NCBI GenBank assembly: GCA_016187745.1
Contig: JACPJC010000001.1
Location: 29,571-93,570, forward strand
Direction of reading: 5' to 3'
From: Candidatus Iainarchaeum sp.
Lineage (GTDB): Archaea; Iainarchaeota; Iainarchaeia; Iainarchaeales; JAXPJC01
DNA length: 64,000 bases
Part shown: positions 7,524 through 17,380 of the stretch, in pieces
Numbering within the stretch: position 1 is the stretch's first letter
How the letters are laid out: every line of letters begins with the position of its first letter
Position numbers and translations under genes: made by a program
Notes under the pieces: generated by a model
Database searches by the model: none
Told to the model about the DNA's origin: nothing
What the model saw: the letters and a program-made list of their open reading frames with translations, nothing else

Positions 7524-10418
7524 CTACCCCGCAATCCCTATGTAAAATTTTCTTGCAATAAGCGGCTCCATTTCATGCGCGCCTTGTTCAGTTCTGAGTT
7601 TCGTGTTTGTTTCCTTCTCAATTGCGCCCCTGTATTTCTGCAGGAATTTTTCATCATCGCAGTCAATTATCAATTGCGCCTTTTGTTTTGGGAGAAGCTT
7701 CATTTCCTTCCTTTTCTCCTGTATGCGCCTGAGCAACTCGCGCAATTCCCATTCTTCTTTTAATTTATCATCCGCATCCAGGTTAAGGTAGATTGTTATT
7801 TCTCCAATTTGCGCTTTTGCATAATTTCCTTTTGGCTCTTTCTTAATTTCATTCGCCTTCTTCACATTGCACGCGACTTCAAGCATTTTTTTCACTTTTG
7901 AAAGCTCCTTCCCCGACTTTGTTTTTATTGCCAATTCAAGCAAAGGCCAGCGGAGCTTCAATTTATTCTGCTCCCTCAGCGCAAGCGCTGCCTGCGTAAT
8001 TTCCTTCGCAAGCGCAAATTCCTTCTCCAATTCCAAATCAACCAGTTTCTTATTCGTTTCAGGGAACTGCAATAAATGCAGGCTCTCGGGCATTTTTCCC
8101 GAGCGCAGATGCAGGTACAGGTATTCAGTAATGTGCGGCGCAATCGGCGCAAGCAATTTAAGCAAGGAAATTATTGCAGTCCCGATTGTATTTTCAACAG
8201 CGCCCTGTGTTTTTGTCCCTATCCTTTCCTTTACGTGCCTTATGTAGGTTCGGCTCAAATCCTCCATAACAAAATTCGTTATTGCGCTGCACGCCTTCGG
8301 ATAATCATAGGACTTGTATGCATTTGTTGCCTCTTCAATCAATGAATTAAGCCTGCTCAGGAGCCATTTGTCCTCAATCTGCAATCCCTTTGCGCTTATT
8401 TTCCCCCTGTGCGCGGTTTCAGGCTTCAATTGCAAATACATTTCCGCGAAATTGAAAACATTCCAGAATATCCCGAAGAACCTGTTCAGCTCGTTGAATT
8501 CCTCAACATCAAATATCAAATCCTCGCCTTTTGAGGTTGATGCCAGATAAAAGCGCAGATAATCGCGGTTGTATTTTTCAATCACCTCAGAAGGCTGCAC
8601 GATATTGCCAAGGCTTTTTGACATTTTTTTCTTTCCCATTCCCAGAACCATCCCATGAACCGCAATTGTCTTGTAGGGCGCCTTGTCAAATGCGATTGTT
8701 GAAAGTATCAGTTGGGAGTTCCACCATCCGCGCACTTGCTCGGTTGCCTCAATGTTCAAATCAGCGGGCCAGAATTTCCTGAATTGGGAAGAAGACTGGG
8801 GGAATCCAAGCGCCGCCCAGCTTGAAACTCCTGAATCAAACCAGACATCAAGCACCTCAGGAACCCTTCTCATTTCCCCTCCGCAGGAACATTTTATTTT
8901 AATCTCATCAATCCCCGGCTTGTGCACATCATTTATTTTCTGCCCTGATAATTTTTCCAGTTCCTCAATTGAGCCGATTACAGTTCTCTTTCCGCATGAA
9001 TTGCAAACCCATATCGGGAGCGGGGTTCCCCAGTAGCGCGCGCGGGAAACAGGCCAGTCGCCCAATTGCTCTAACCAATTTTTCATCCTGTCCTGCATCC
9101 ATTCCGGCTTCCAGGCAGTTTCTGAATTCAGCCCAAGCATCCTTTTCTGTATGCCTGAAACCCTGAAAAACCATTGCGGCAATGAAAGCATCAGCAGCGG
9201 GCTCTTGCAGCGCCAGCATATCGGATAATCATGCGTGTAAGCGTGCTTTAGAACAAGCGCATTTTCAGATTCCAAATCGGAAATTATTTCGGAATCCACT
9301 TCCCTTGCCTTTTTGCCTGAGTATTTTCCCGCCTCTCCGGTAAGAAGGCCGTTTATTGCAACAGGGCTCGGCATTGGAAGTTCATTTTTCTTCCCTTCCT
9401 CATAATCCTCCTTCCCGTGCCCCGGGGCGCAATGCACCAATCCGGTTCCTTCCTCCAGATTCACATAGCGCTCTGACATTATTACGCGGTATGCGCTCTT
9501 CAGTTCAGCATCGCCCAAATTCAGATTTATGTTTTTTGCAAGCGGGCTCTCATAATGCAGATTCTGAAGTTCCTTCCCCCTGAATTCCCTTTTTATTGTG
9601 TATGCTGCCTCAATGGAATCCATGAGCTTCTGCGCCAGTTCCTTTGCAACAATCCATGTTTCCCCGTTGCTTAACTCCAGTTCAACATACTCATGCTGCG
9701 GATGCACCATGACCCCGGTATTTCCCGGTAGCGTCCACGGGGTAGTGGTCCATACAACCAGATATTTGTTATTTGTGCCACTTACTTTGAATTTAACATA
9801 AATGCTGTTGTCGGTCTGTTTAGTGTATTCAATTTCATTATATGCAACGGCAGTTTCGCATCTCGGGCAGACATGCACGGGGTATTTTCCCAGATAAAGA
9901 AGGCCTTTCTCCTCGGCTTTCTTGAAGGTCCACCAAATCGCCTCAATGTAATCATTGCTGAGCGTGAGGTAAGGGTTTTTCCAGTCCATCCACACCCCAA
10001 GATTCTCAAATTCAGCATTCATCACATCAATGTAGCGCGTCGCGTATTCCTTGCATTTCCCAATGAATTTCCCAACACCAAATGTTTCAATGTCCTTCCT
10101 GCTTTTTGTCCCAAGCTCCTTCTCAATCTGGAATTCAATAGGAACCCCGTGCGTGTCATAGCCCGGGCGGTCAAAAACATCAAATCCCTGCATGCGCGCA
10201 GCGCGCATTGCAATATCCTTGAGGATTTTGTTCAGCGCAGTTCCCATGTGTATGTGCCCTGTCGCATATGGGGGGCCATCCATGAAATAGTATTTCTTCC
10301 CGGATTTCGCATTCCGCGCCCTTGCCTTCTCGGGAATCTTCCTCTCCTTCCAGAATTTATGCACTTCCTCTTCCTTCTGCAGGGAATAAGGCTCAAGCGC
10401 TTTCTGTTTTTCAGCCAT
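7524..10418 (-). CDS. ileS: Isoleucyl-tRNA synthetase
   Basis: 964 aa. Class I HIGH motif (PPYATGHIHMGTALNKILKD), GYDTHGVPIE (IleRS-type, compare GWDCHGLPIE), KMSKS (KKMSKSLGNIV), and a CxxC zinc knuckle. Confidence 0.85.
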   Translation of the reverse strand: MAEKQKALEPYSLQKEEEVHKFWKERKIPEKARARNAKSGKKYYFMDGPPYATGHIHMGTALNKILKDIAMRAARMQGFDVFDRPGYDTHGVPIEFQIEKELGTKSRKDIETFGVGKFIGKCKEYATRYIDVMNAEFENLGVWMDWKNPYLTLSNDYIEAIWWTFKKAEEKGLLYLGKYPVHVCPRCETAVAYNEIEYTKQTDNSIYVKFKVSGTNNKYLVVWTTTPWTLPGNTGVMVHPQHEYVELELSNGETWIVAKELAQKLMDSIEAAYTIKREFRGKELQNLHYESPLAKNINLNLGDAELKSAYRVIMSERYVNLEEGTGLVHCAPGHGKEDYEEGKKNELPMPSPVAINGLLTGEAGKYSGKKAREVDSEIISDLESENALVLKHAYTHDYPICWRCKSPLLMLSLPQWFFRVSGIQKRMLGLNSETAWKPEWMQDRMKNWLEQLGDWPVSRARYWGTPLPIWVCNSCGKRTVIGSIEELEKLSGQKINDVHKPGIDEIKIKCSCGGEMRRVPEVLDVWFDSGVSSWAALGFPQSSSQFRKFWPADLNIEATEQVRGWWNSQLILSTIAFDKAPYKTIAVHGMVLGMGKKKMSKSLGNIVQPSEVIEKYNRDYLRFYLASTSKGEDLIFDVEEFNELNRFFGIFWNVFNFAEMYLQLKPETAHRGKISAKGLQIEDKWLLSRLNSLIEEATNAYKSYDYPKACSAITNFVMEDLSRTYIRHVKERIGTKTQGAVENTIGTAIISLLKLLAPIAPHITEYLYLHLRSGKMPESLHLLQFPETNKKLVDLELEKEFALAKEITQAALALREQNKLKLRWPLLELAIKTKSGKELSKVKKMLEVACNVKKANEIKKEPKGNYAKAQIGEITIYLNLDADDKLKEEWELRELLRRIQEKRKEMKLLPKQKAQLIIDCDDEKFLQKYRGAIEKETNTKLRTEQGAHEMEPLIARKFYIGIAG

Positions 10419-10493
10419 CTTGATTCACTTGAAACTTCTTTTTTCTTTGGGTAATACCTAGACTTTCTTTTTTGTAAAAAGAAAGGATTGGTG

Positions 10494-10568
10494 TGGGCAT
10501 GGAGGGATTTGAACCCTCGACCCTTGGCTTATAAGACCAATGCTCTGACCAGGCTGAGCTACACGCCC
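10494..10568 (-). tRNA. tRNA-Ile, anticodon UAU
   Basis: The reverse complement GGGCGTGTAGCTCAGCCTGGTCAGAGCATTGGTCTTATAAGCCAAGGGTCGAGGGTTCAAATCCCTCCATGCCCA folds as a 75-nt cloverleaf. Acceptor stem 7 bp with one G-U, D-stem GCTC/GAGC, anticodon stem TTGGT/GCCAA, loop C-T-TAT-A-A, T-stem GAGGG/CCCTC with T-loop TTCAAAT. Confidence 0.8.
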
Positions 10569-10788
10569 TTGCAATCAAATAGTATGAAGTGTGAGGAGAT
10601 TTAAATATATAACTAAAATCAGCGCAGTCCGCAGGGAATTCATTGCGGATGTATTTGGCAATCCCTTCTTTGCATTTTCATAAAGTAATTGTGCTGGAAT
10701 GGATTTATAAGATATGCGGATAGCTGTGCAGGAATAAAATAAAAACAAGAAATAGGAAAGAAAATCTGAGATTTCCGGAACGCGCAGA

Positions 10789-11289
10789 TTAATAGCTGTC
10801 GCTTCCTTCTTGGCTGTCGGATTCGTCCGAGCCGCCGCCGCTTCCGTAGCTGCGCCCTCTTCCGCCGCCATAGCTGCCTCTGCCATAGCCGCCTCCGCGC
10901 CCTCCGCCGCCGTAGCCGCCGCCCCCGCCGCCGTACCTGTTCTGCCTCTCGTGCTGCTGCTCTGACATGTTGTTTGTCGTGTTGGGCTCAATCTCCGCCT
11001 GCACTTCCTCTATTGTGCCGTATCTTCCAATGTTCATGCGCAGGGTGTTCTGGAAAAGCGATGTGTATCCGTTCTTTATCTCATAGCATTTCCCGATCTC
11101 TATCTTCTCTATCATGTCGTCCCACAAGGTCAGCTGTATTGCGCCTGATGCGTCTCCAACAAGCGCCTCCGCAACCTTGTGCGCGCTGGAATCGATCTTG
11201 CTTGTTACTTCCCTGATTTCATTTTTCTCCAAAACCTTCACTATCAGATCAACCTTCTTGGAGTAAGGCTTTAACTCAGATATGTTCAT
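10789..11289 (-). CDS. ssb: Single-stranded DNA-binding protein (archaeal OB-fold SSB) with a C-terminal RGG/YG-rich tail
   Basis: The OB-fold MNISELKP...VKVLEKNEIREV...AEALVGDASGAIQLTLWDD...GKCYEIKNGYTSLFQNTLRMNIG resembles Sulfolobus-type SSB. The tail reads GGGGGYGGGGRGGGYGRGSYGGGRGRSYGSGGGSDESDSQE. GGAGG lies 7 nt before the ATG at 11289; the long ORF starts 30 nt further upstream. Confidence 0.7.
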   Translation of the reverse strand: MNISELKPYSKKVDLIVKVLEKNEIREVTSKIDSSAHKVAEALVGDASGAIQLTLWDDMIEKIEIGKCYEIKNGYTSLFQNTLRMNIGRYGTIEEVQAEIEPNTTNNMSEQQHERQNRYGGGGGGYGGGGRGGGYGRGSYGGGRGRSYGSGGGSDESDSQEGSDSY

Positions 11290-11474
11290 GAAATTTCCTC
11301 CGTGTTGTGAAATACTCATTTGCGAATTAGTTCAACTTGTGAAACACCCAAAAGTGTTCGAAGCAGGCTAATTCTTTTGAGTCTGTCATAAGTAGTGTGC
11401 AGGCTTCAGTTTTAAATACTTTCGGGGGCGTTCCGCCACTGAACATATTAAAAATAAAAAAAGAAAAAGAGGGC

Positions 11475-12140
11475 TTAGTCCTTTTTCAATTCAGCAATGA
11501 TGCGCTTTGCATCCTTCCTGAACGCCAAGCCGAACGCAATCCCGACCACTATTGCCGCTACGAGCACCAGTGCCGTGAATCCTATCTTGAACGCCTCAAT
11601 CAGTATTGTGACGTCCAGTCCCATTGTGCCAAGGCCCATTACCAGAGCCATGTACGCAATGATGAATTCTGCAACCGATGCCGCAGTCTGCTTGTATCTG
11701 TGCTGGGTAACCTGTATCTTGTTGCTGATGTATCTGCCGAAGAGCAGGCCGATTACTATTATTATTATGCCCGCTAATACTGCCGGAATGTATCCGACAA
11801 TCTGGCCTATGAAATTGCTCACGGGCCCTTCGCCCAGGAATACCACAGCCTGCTGCAGGAATATGAGTATTATGTACCACTCAACTATTTTTCCCGCAAT
11901 CCTTGAGATTGTGATATTGCCCAGTGCAGATGCCAGGTTTGTCTTTTTTATGTACTCGTCTACCCCGGAAACCTTCAGCAGCCTCACTGTTACTATCTGC
12001 AGTATTTTTCCGACAAGGTAGCCGACTATCACCAGTATTACTGCCAGCACTATGCCTGGAATTGCATTCACAAACGCAGTCAGCAGATTGCCGAACGCGC
12101 TTTGCAATGCTGTTCCTATGTCAGTTATCTGTGCAACCAT
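11475..12140 (-). CDS. Integral membrane protein, possibly a mechanosensitive-channel-like/conserved TM-helix repeat family member
   Basis: 221 aa with about 6 TM helices and repeated amphipathic TM-helix units. Confidence 0.55.
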   Translation of the reverse strand: MVAQITDIGTALQSAFGNLLTAFVNAIPGIVLAVILVIVGYLVGKILQIVTVRLLKVSGVDEYIKKTNLASALGNITISRIAGKIVEWYIILIFLQQAVVFLGEGPVSNFIGQIVGYIPAVLAGIIIIVIGLLFGRYISNKIQVTQHRYKQTAASVAEFIIAYMALVMGLGTMGLDVTILIEAFKIGFTALVLVAAIVVGIAFGLAFRKDAKRIIAELKKD

Positions 12141-12173
12141 TGGTTTTCACTGCATATAAGAGAACTTCCTTGT

Positions 12174-12920
12174 TTATAAAGTTTTTGGGCGCAGTTGTGC
12201 CGGCTTTGCAACCGTGAAATAGACATCAAACGCCATATCTTTCAAAATTGTCCTGTAAATCGGGATGTTTTTTTCAATTTCAAATCCTTTGCTTTCAATA
12301 AGCCGCATGCAGTGCTGCAGTGGGATGTTAACGGGCCTGCCAAATTCCATGGCAAAGCGCGCGTCAGGCTTCTCTGAAATCATTTCTCTTGCCGTTCTAA
12401 CCAGCCTTGAATCCTCAAGCTGCGGCAGCGATACCCCGAATGCGCAAACAAAGTCATGTGATTTCTCTTTTATTGGAATTTGCCCAATGTCCCCGAAAAC
12501 CAGCCTAACATTTTTCAGCCCCTCTTGTTCAATAATGCCATTTGCCAGCTTGTGCATTCTCTCAGAAAAATCTACAAAAGTGAATCTTGCCCTTGGGAAT
12601 TTTGATGCAACAAATGTTTCGGCAACAGCAGGCCCCGTGCACAGGAACAGCGCCCTTGAAAGCGGCTTTAATTGAACATGCCTGAAAAACTCCTCAAGAA
12701 GCCTTAGAGCCGGCTTACGCATCTGAATAGCCCTTAATAGCCCGCTGGATTCATTCCAGATTCTGATTCGCTCATTTTTTGGCTTGGTTTCCAGATCATA
12801 GAGGCGCCCTCGCAATTCCTCAATTTTCTGTCCAAGCTCTGCAGGCTTGGATTCAGGAACATGTCTCTTCAGAAACTGCCTTGCTGCAAACCTGTCAAAT
12901 CTCCTGAGTTTCATAATCAA
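12174..12920 (-). CDS. Hypothetical protein with a Rossmann-like (possibly SAM-dependent methyltransferase-like) core
   Basis: 248 aa. LFLCTGPAV (motif I-like), an acidic residue after beta2 (FVDFSERM), and VFGDIGQ. Confidence 0.4.
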   Translation of the reverse strand: MIMKLRRFDRFAARQFLKRHVPESKPAELGQKIEELRGRLYDLETKPKNERIRIWNESSGLLRAIQMRKPALRLLEEFFRHVQLKPLSRALFLCTGPAVAETFVASKFPRARFTFVDFSERMHKLANGIIEQEGLKNVRLVFGDIGQIPIKEKSHDFVCAFGVSLPQLEDSRLVRTAREMISEKPDARFAMEFGRPVNIPLQHCMRLIESKGFEIEKNIPIYRTILKDMAFDVYFTVAKPAQLRPKTL

Positions 12921-13006
12921 TTTAGGCAGCCAACTTAATAAATAATAAATGGTTAAGTTTCCAATTAGAATAAAAAGATAAAAAAAGAAATAGGACTAAT
13001 TCAAAT

Positions 13007-14665
13007 TTATTCCATATCAGGCATTCCGCCCATGCCGCCCATTCCGCCGGGAGGCATGCCCCTTCCGGCTCCTCCCTTAGAGCTTGCGGCAATCATGTCA
13101 TCAATGCGCAGTATCATTTCTGCCACTTCGCTTGCGGATGTTAGGGCTTGAGTCTTGATGCTCAATGGCTCAATTACGTGCTGCTCCTTCATGTTTGTCA
13201 GGCTTCCCTTGAATACATCAACCCCGATGTATTTCCCGTCCTTTGCCATGTGCTTTGAGCGCAGTCCCACTAATGTATCAATTGGGTCCATTCCCGCTGT
13301 TTCTGAAAGGGTCCTTGGAATTATCTCCAGTGTTTCAGCAAATGCCTCTATTGCAAGCTGCTCCCTTCCCCCGATGGTTTTTGCGAATTCGCGCAGTTTC
13401 ATTGCAACTTCAACTTCCGCTGAGCCCCCTCCGGCAACAACCTTTCCGACTTTTATTGCCGAAGAAACAGCGCATATCCCGTCATGCACCGCCCTTTCGG
13501 CCTCATCAACAACGTGTTCGCTTCCGCCGCGGATCAGCAATGAAATTGATTTGGGATTTTTGCAGCCTTCAACGAATGTCATGTCATCCCCTGCAACCTT
13601 CTTCTCGTGCACTATTTCAGCGCTTCCAAGGTCTTCCTTTGTAAGGTCCTGTACGCGCGAAACCACTTTCGCATCAGTTGCGCGCGCAAGCGCATCCATA
13701 TCCGACTGCTTAACGCGCCTTATTGCAACAATGCCTTCCTTTGCAAGGAAGTGCTGCGCCATGTCATCAATCCCCTTCTGGCATATTACTACATTAGCGC
13801 CTGATTTCTTCACCGCCTCAACCATCTTGCGGAGCATTGCCTCTTCCTGGTCCAAAAATGCCTGCAACTGGTCCGGGGAGGTAATTTCAATTTTCGCGTC
13901 AGTTTCTGTTTCCTTTATCTCAAGCGCTGCATCAATCAGTGCAATCCTTGCATTTTTAACCGTTCTTGGCATTGCCGCATGCACTATCTCCTTGTCAACA
14001 ACAATTCCGCGGACCATTTCGCTGTCCTGGAGCGAAGCGCCGACTTTCTTCTCAACCTTTATCTGGTCAATGTCAATCACTGTTTTTCCATTCTCTTTTT
14101 CAGCCACCTGCCTTACTGCATTCACAACAAGGTCTGAGAGCTCCTCCGCAGCCTCGGAAATTTTTCCGGTCATGGATGTTAGGGCAATGTCCCTGAGGCC
14201 CTTCACATCGTCAAATGATATATCATCAGCGCACTTCGCATAGAATTCCTTCGCCTTCTGCGCCGCAATCCTATAGCCCTTAACTATTACGCTTGGATGT
14301 ATCTCATCATCAAGCAGCTTTTCAGCATTCCCGAGCAGGCTTCCCGCAATGACAACAGCAGTTGTAGTGCCATCCCCGACCTCATCATCCTGTGTTTTTG
14401 CAACTTCCACCATCATCTTTCCCGCAGGATGCTCGATTGCCATTGCCTCGAGTATTGTCGCGCCGTCATTTGAAATTGTAATGTCCCCCAAATCATCCAC
14501 TAACATCTTGTCCATGCCTTTGGGGCCAAGGGTTGATTTGACAGCATTTGCAACCGCCTTTGCAATAAGTATGTTTATCCTCTGCGCGTCCCTTCCGCGC
14601 GTTCTTTTTGTGCCCTCAGAAAGGAACACAACGGGCTGCTGAGTTTGGTCATTCGCCATATTCAA
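13007..14665 (-). CDS. ths: Thermosome subunit (group II chaperonin)
   Basis: 552 aa. [25 protein letters not shown], and a C-terminal [13 protein letters not shown] tail. GGAGG Shine-Dalgarno 8 nt upstream. Confidence 0.95.
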   Translation of the reverse strand: MNMANDQTQQPVVFLSEGTKRTRGRDAQRINILIAKAVANAVKSTLGPKGMDKMLVDDLGDITISNDGATILEAMAIEHPAGKMMVEVAKTQDDEVGDGTTTAVVIAGSLLGNAEKLLDDEIHPSVIVKGYRIAAQKAKEFYAKCADDISFDDVKGLRDIALTSMTGKISEAAEELSDLVVNAVRQVAEKENGKTVIDIDQIKVEKKVGASLQDSEMVRGIVVDKEIVHAAMPRTVKNARIALIDAALEIKETETDAKIEITSPDQLQAFLDQEEAMLRKMVEAVKKSGANVVICQKGIDDMAQHFLAKEGIVAIRRVKQSDMDALARATDAKVVSRVQDLTKEDLGSAEIVHEKKVAGDDMTFVEGCKNPKSISLLIRGGSEHVVDEAERAVHDGICAVSSAIKVGKVVAGGGSAEVEVAMKLREFAKTIGGREQLAIEAFAETLEIIPRTLSETAGMDPIDTLVGLRSKHMAKDGKYIGVDVFKGSLTNMKEQHVIEPLSIKTQALTSASEVAEMILRIDDMIAASSKGGAGRGMPPGGMGGMGGMPDME

Positions 14666-14797
14666 TACCTCCAGTTATAAATTTCATAATTCAATAGCTA
14701 TACCCGGAAAAACAACAACATCCTCAAATTAGGGTTCTATTATATATTATATCCCTGATATAATGTTTAAAAAACTTCTACTTCGGGGGATTGTACC

Positions 14798-15400
14798 ATG
14801 TTTGAAGGGACTGAAAGGCGCCTGCGGAAATTCCTGAAAAAGCGCAGGCTCGCGCCCGCGGGCAAAGGGCGCATTGCAAAGGGCTACAGCTCGGAGATTT
14901 ACCTGGTTAAAAACCCAAAAGGCGGAAAATTCGCGCTCAAGATTGAGAAAGAGAATTCCCCCAGAAGGGAAATGTGCGAGAAGGAAGTTGCAAATCTCCT
15001 GCTTGCGAACAAATACGGCATAGGCCCGAAGCTTGCCGATTATGATATAAATGCGCGCATCATCCTGATGGAATTCATTGAGGGAAAGACCTTCAGCAAG
15101 TGGCTTCTGGATGGGAAGAAAGCGCCGAATAAAAAGCAGCTGCTGAAAGTAATAAGCGACTTATTGCTGCAGGCAAAAATTATGGATGAGATAGGACTGG
15201 ACCACGGGCAGCTCGCGGGAAAGGGCGCAAATATAATTGTCAAGCACAATCTGCGCCCCGTAATAATTGATTTTGAAAAGGCTTCGCAGAAGCGCAGGTG
15301 CCACAACCTCAATCAGCTGAACTCATTCCTTTTCAGGAACCCGAATTCCGAGATTGCAAGGAAAGTGAAAGAAATAACAAGCAACAAGGAGTTATGCTAG
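14798..15400 (+). CDS. Atypical Ser/Thr protein kinase (Bud32/RIO-like)
   Basis: 200 aa. Gly-loop GRIAKGYSSEIYLV, FALK (VAIK-like), catalytic HGQL...N, and IIDFEKA (DFG-like). Confidence 0.6.
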   Translation: MFEGTERRLRKFLKKRRLAPAGKGRIAKGYSSEIYLVKNPKGGKFALKIEKENSPRREMCEKEVANLLLANKYGIGPKLADYDINARIILMEFIEGKTFSKWLLDGKKAPNKKQLLKVISDLLLQAKIMDEIGLDHGQLAGKGANIIVKHNLRPVIIDFEKASQKRRCHNLNQLNSFLFRNPNSEIARKVKEITSNKELC

Positions 15401-15735
15401 CGCCTGATGCTTGCAATCTGTACAATTTTCTCTTTTGATTGCGCCAATTGCCCCTTAAGCAGGCTATCATACAATGCAACCATCTTTTTCACCTGCTCGT
15501 TTTCCTGATTCAGCTTGTAAAGCTTTGCCCTTCCAACCTCGCGCGTCATTGCAATAATTTTATTCTTTTCAAAGTTGGGCAGGATCCTGTGCAGTGTGCT
15601 CCATGAAATTCCTGCATTTTCAGCCAGATCGGTAAGCGTATAATCAAACTCCCTTCCGGTAATCAAAAAGTCCCAAAGCCTTGTGCTTGGCGTATCGCCA
15701 ATAAAATCCAGGAATGTGCTTTTCATTTGACACAC
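15397..15735 (-). CDS. Winged-helix transcriptional regulator
   Basis: 112 aa; the likely real start is the ATG at 15726. wHTH signature DLAENAGISWSTLHRILPNFEKNKII. Confidence 0.6.
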   Translation of the reverse strand: MCQMKSTFLDFIGDTPSTRLWDFLITGREFDYTLTDLAENAGISWSTLHRILPNFEKNKIIAMTREVGRAKLYKLNQENEQVKKMVALYDSLLKGQLAQSKEKIVQIASIRR

Positions 15736-15827
15736 TTCAATAATACTATTGGATAACCAAATATTTAAACCTTTCCTTTTGGTATATCAATATACTATTT
15801 CAGAGGGGAATTGATCTTTTAAATTGA

Positions 15828-16118
15828 TTGTCTACCCTTTCAATCATGCCTGATTTGGTTGTTTCCATTAAGCAATTTATTCTGAGAAAGCTGATAAATT
15901 TGGGCAAAATCGGCGGGGCGCACACTTCAGTATTTAACCTGAGCAAAGGGCTCCCAAACCACATTACCTCAAACAAGAAAGGCAAAAAGGCAATACAAAA
16001 TGCAATTAAAGAGCTAATTAATGATGGCTATTTGCTGGCAAAAACCTCAACAGACGAGCAGCACGTTTCAATCAACCCGAGAAAAATTAAAGAAATAGAG
16101 GAATTTCTAAGAGTCTAG
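15828..16118 (+). CDS. Small hypothetical protein, wHTH-like
   Basis: 96 aa. KQFILRKLINLGKIGGAHTSVFNLSKGL...KELINDGYLLAK suggests a DNA-binding winged helix. Confidence 0.45.
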   Translation: MSTLSIMPDLVVSIKQFILRKLINLGKIGGAHTSVFNLSKGLPNHITSNKKGKKAIQNAIKELINDGYLLAKTSTDEQHVSINPRKIKEIEEFLRV

Positions 16119-16157
16119 ACAGAAAGGATTATTAGCACAAAACAGGAAGTATTAGAT

Positions 16158-16910
16158 ATGAAACAAGGGGCAGTCATGAAGGGGAAAATCCGGCAGAGAA
16201 CCCCTGCGGCAAAGCTTTCTGAAGCATTGGAAAAAACAATATCGCCTGAACTAGGGCAAAGGTGGGAAGGCTATGACCTGCTAAGCTCATGGAAAGGCGC
16301 TGCAAGAAACAGGAAAGCGGTTGCAATGCTCAAAGGCGCTGTTTTTGATTTTAACAAATCAGTTAGAGCCACAGCGGTAGATAAAATGGCAGATTTATTC
16401 GGTTGGAAAGAAACAGTAGAATTTATCAATGCAAAATTAAGAACTGCAGGAAAAGTGCCAGCAGCATTCTTTGTGTCAACCCTTGGTCTCATACGAAGGT
16501 TTTACGAAAGCAAAAGAGAAGGCAGTCATTGGTATCCGAAAGAATGGCGTGCAATGAGTAGGCAAGCCATTATACGGGCGCACAACCTTGGTTTGGAAAG
16601 AGCGCGGGGCAGAAATGGAAAACCAATCTCAGTAAACGGCATGCCTGTATTTTTGAGCGAATTAAGAAAAGATTTTATGGGAGAACACAAGTCTGGACTG
16701 TTGCTTGTTAACAAAGATCCGAAAACAACCCCTGTAGAAGACAGAGAAGCGGTATCGTGGCATGAATTTGGTGAGATATTCAATGATAAAACAGGCAACG
16801 CATTTGTTATTTATTATCTGAAAAAGACTGGGCGGCTGCAGGATTTTTTAAAAAGATATCCCGGCATAACCGAAGAATTTAAGAAAATTGAAATGAATTG
16901 GACAAAATAA
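16158..16910 (+). CDS. Hypothetical protein
   Basis: 250 aa. No recognisable motif. Co-directional with, and 40 bp downstream of, the small wHTH ORF. Confidence 0.5.
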   Translation: MKQGAVMKGKIRQRTPAAKLSEALEKTISPELGQRWEGYDLLSSWKGAARNRKAVAMLKGAVFDFNKSVRATAVDKMADLFGWKETVEFINAKLRTAGKVPAAFFVSTLGLIRRFYESKREGSHWYPKEWRAMSRQAIIRAHNLGLERARGRNGKPISVNGMPVFLSELRKDFMGEHKSGLLLVNKDPKTTPVEDREAVSWHEFGEIFNDKTGNAFVIYYLKKTGRLQDFLKRYPGITEEFKKIEMNWTK

Positions 16911-16915
16911 AAGTC

Positions 16916-17380
16916 CTACTTGTGGAACTTCCTGTCAACTTCGTTTATGAGGACATCGCATGCAGCCTTTACTGATTCCAACTGCTTTATTATGCGCTCT
17001 TTTTCCTTTTCAATGTCCTGCACGTTCTCATATGTTTCAACCGCTTCCCTGAACATTGAGCCGTCAACATAGGAGTATGGCTGGGAATTCATTTTCTCAG
17101 CAATCCTTTTTACCATCTTTCCAAGCCAGATATTCATTTCAGTTTTTACCTGCCCCTTGATCTGCTTGCCCTTGTCAAGATGCTGCCTCAGCATATTCAC
17201 AATTGTTGCCCTGGGAAATGGAAGCTCCGATTCCGGAACGCTGTCGTCTTCCTCTTCCTCTGCGGCGCTTACAACAGCCTGCTCAGCAACATCCTTTACC
17301 TCTTCTGTTGGCAATCCTTTTGCCGGTTTTTCGTCCTTAGCCATCAAACTCCCTCCGTTTTTCCCATAATCAGCATCCAA
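16916..17380 (-). CDS. Histone-fold-like (NC2/NF-Y-like) DNA-binding protein with an acidic N-terminus; tentative
   Basis: 154 aa. Acidic stretch AAEEEEDDSVPESE followed by ELPFPRATIVNMLRQHL...KTEMNIWLGKMVKRIAEKM, which resembles a histone fold. Confidence 0.4.
   Translation of the reverse strand: MDADYGKNGGSLMAKDEKPAKGLPTEEVKDVAEQAVVSAAEEEEDDSVPESELPFPRATIVNMLRQHLDKGKQIKGQVKTEMNIWLGKMVKRIAEKMNSQPYSYVDGSMFREAVETYENVQDIEKEKERIIKQLESVKAACDVLINEVDRKFHK

Noticed and set aside
9873-10454. 193-aa plus-strand ORF inside ileS
   Set aside because: Antisense to an intact aminoacyl-tRNA synthetase gene.
13155-14243. 362-aa plus-strand ORF antisense to the thermosome gene
   Set aside because: The Ser-rich, low-information translation opposite a highly conserved chaperonin ORF is a classic antisense shadow ORF.
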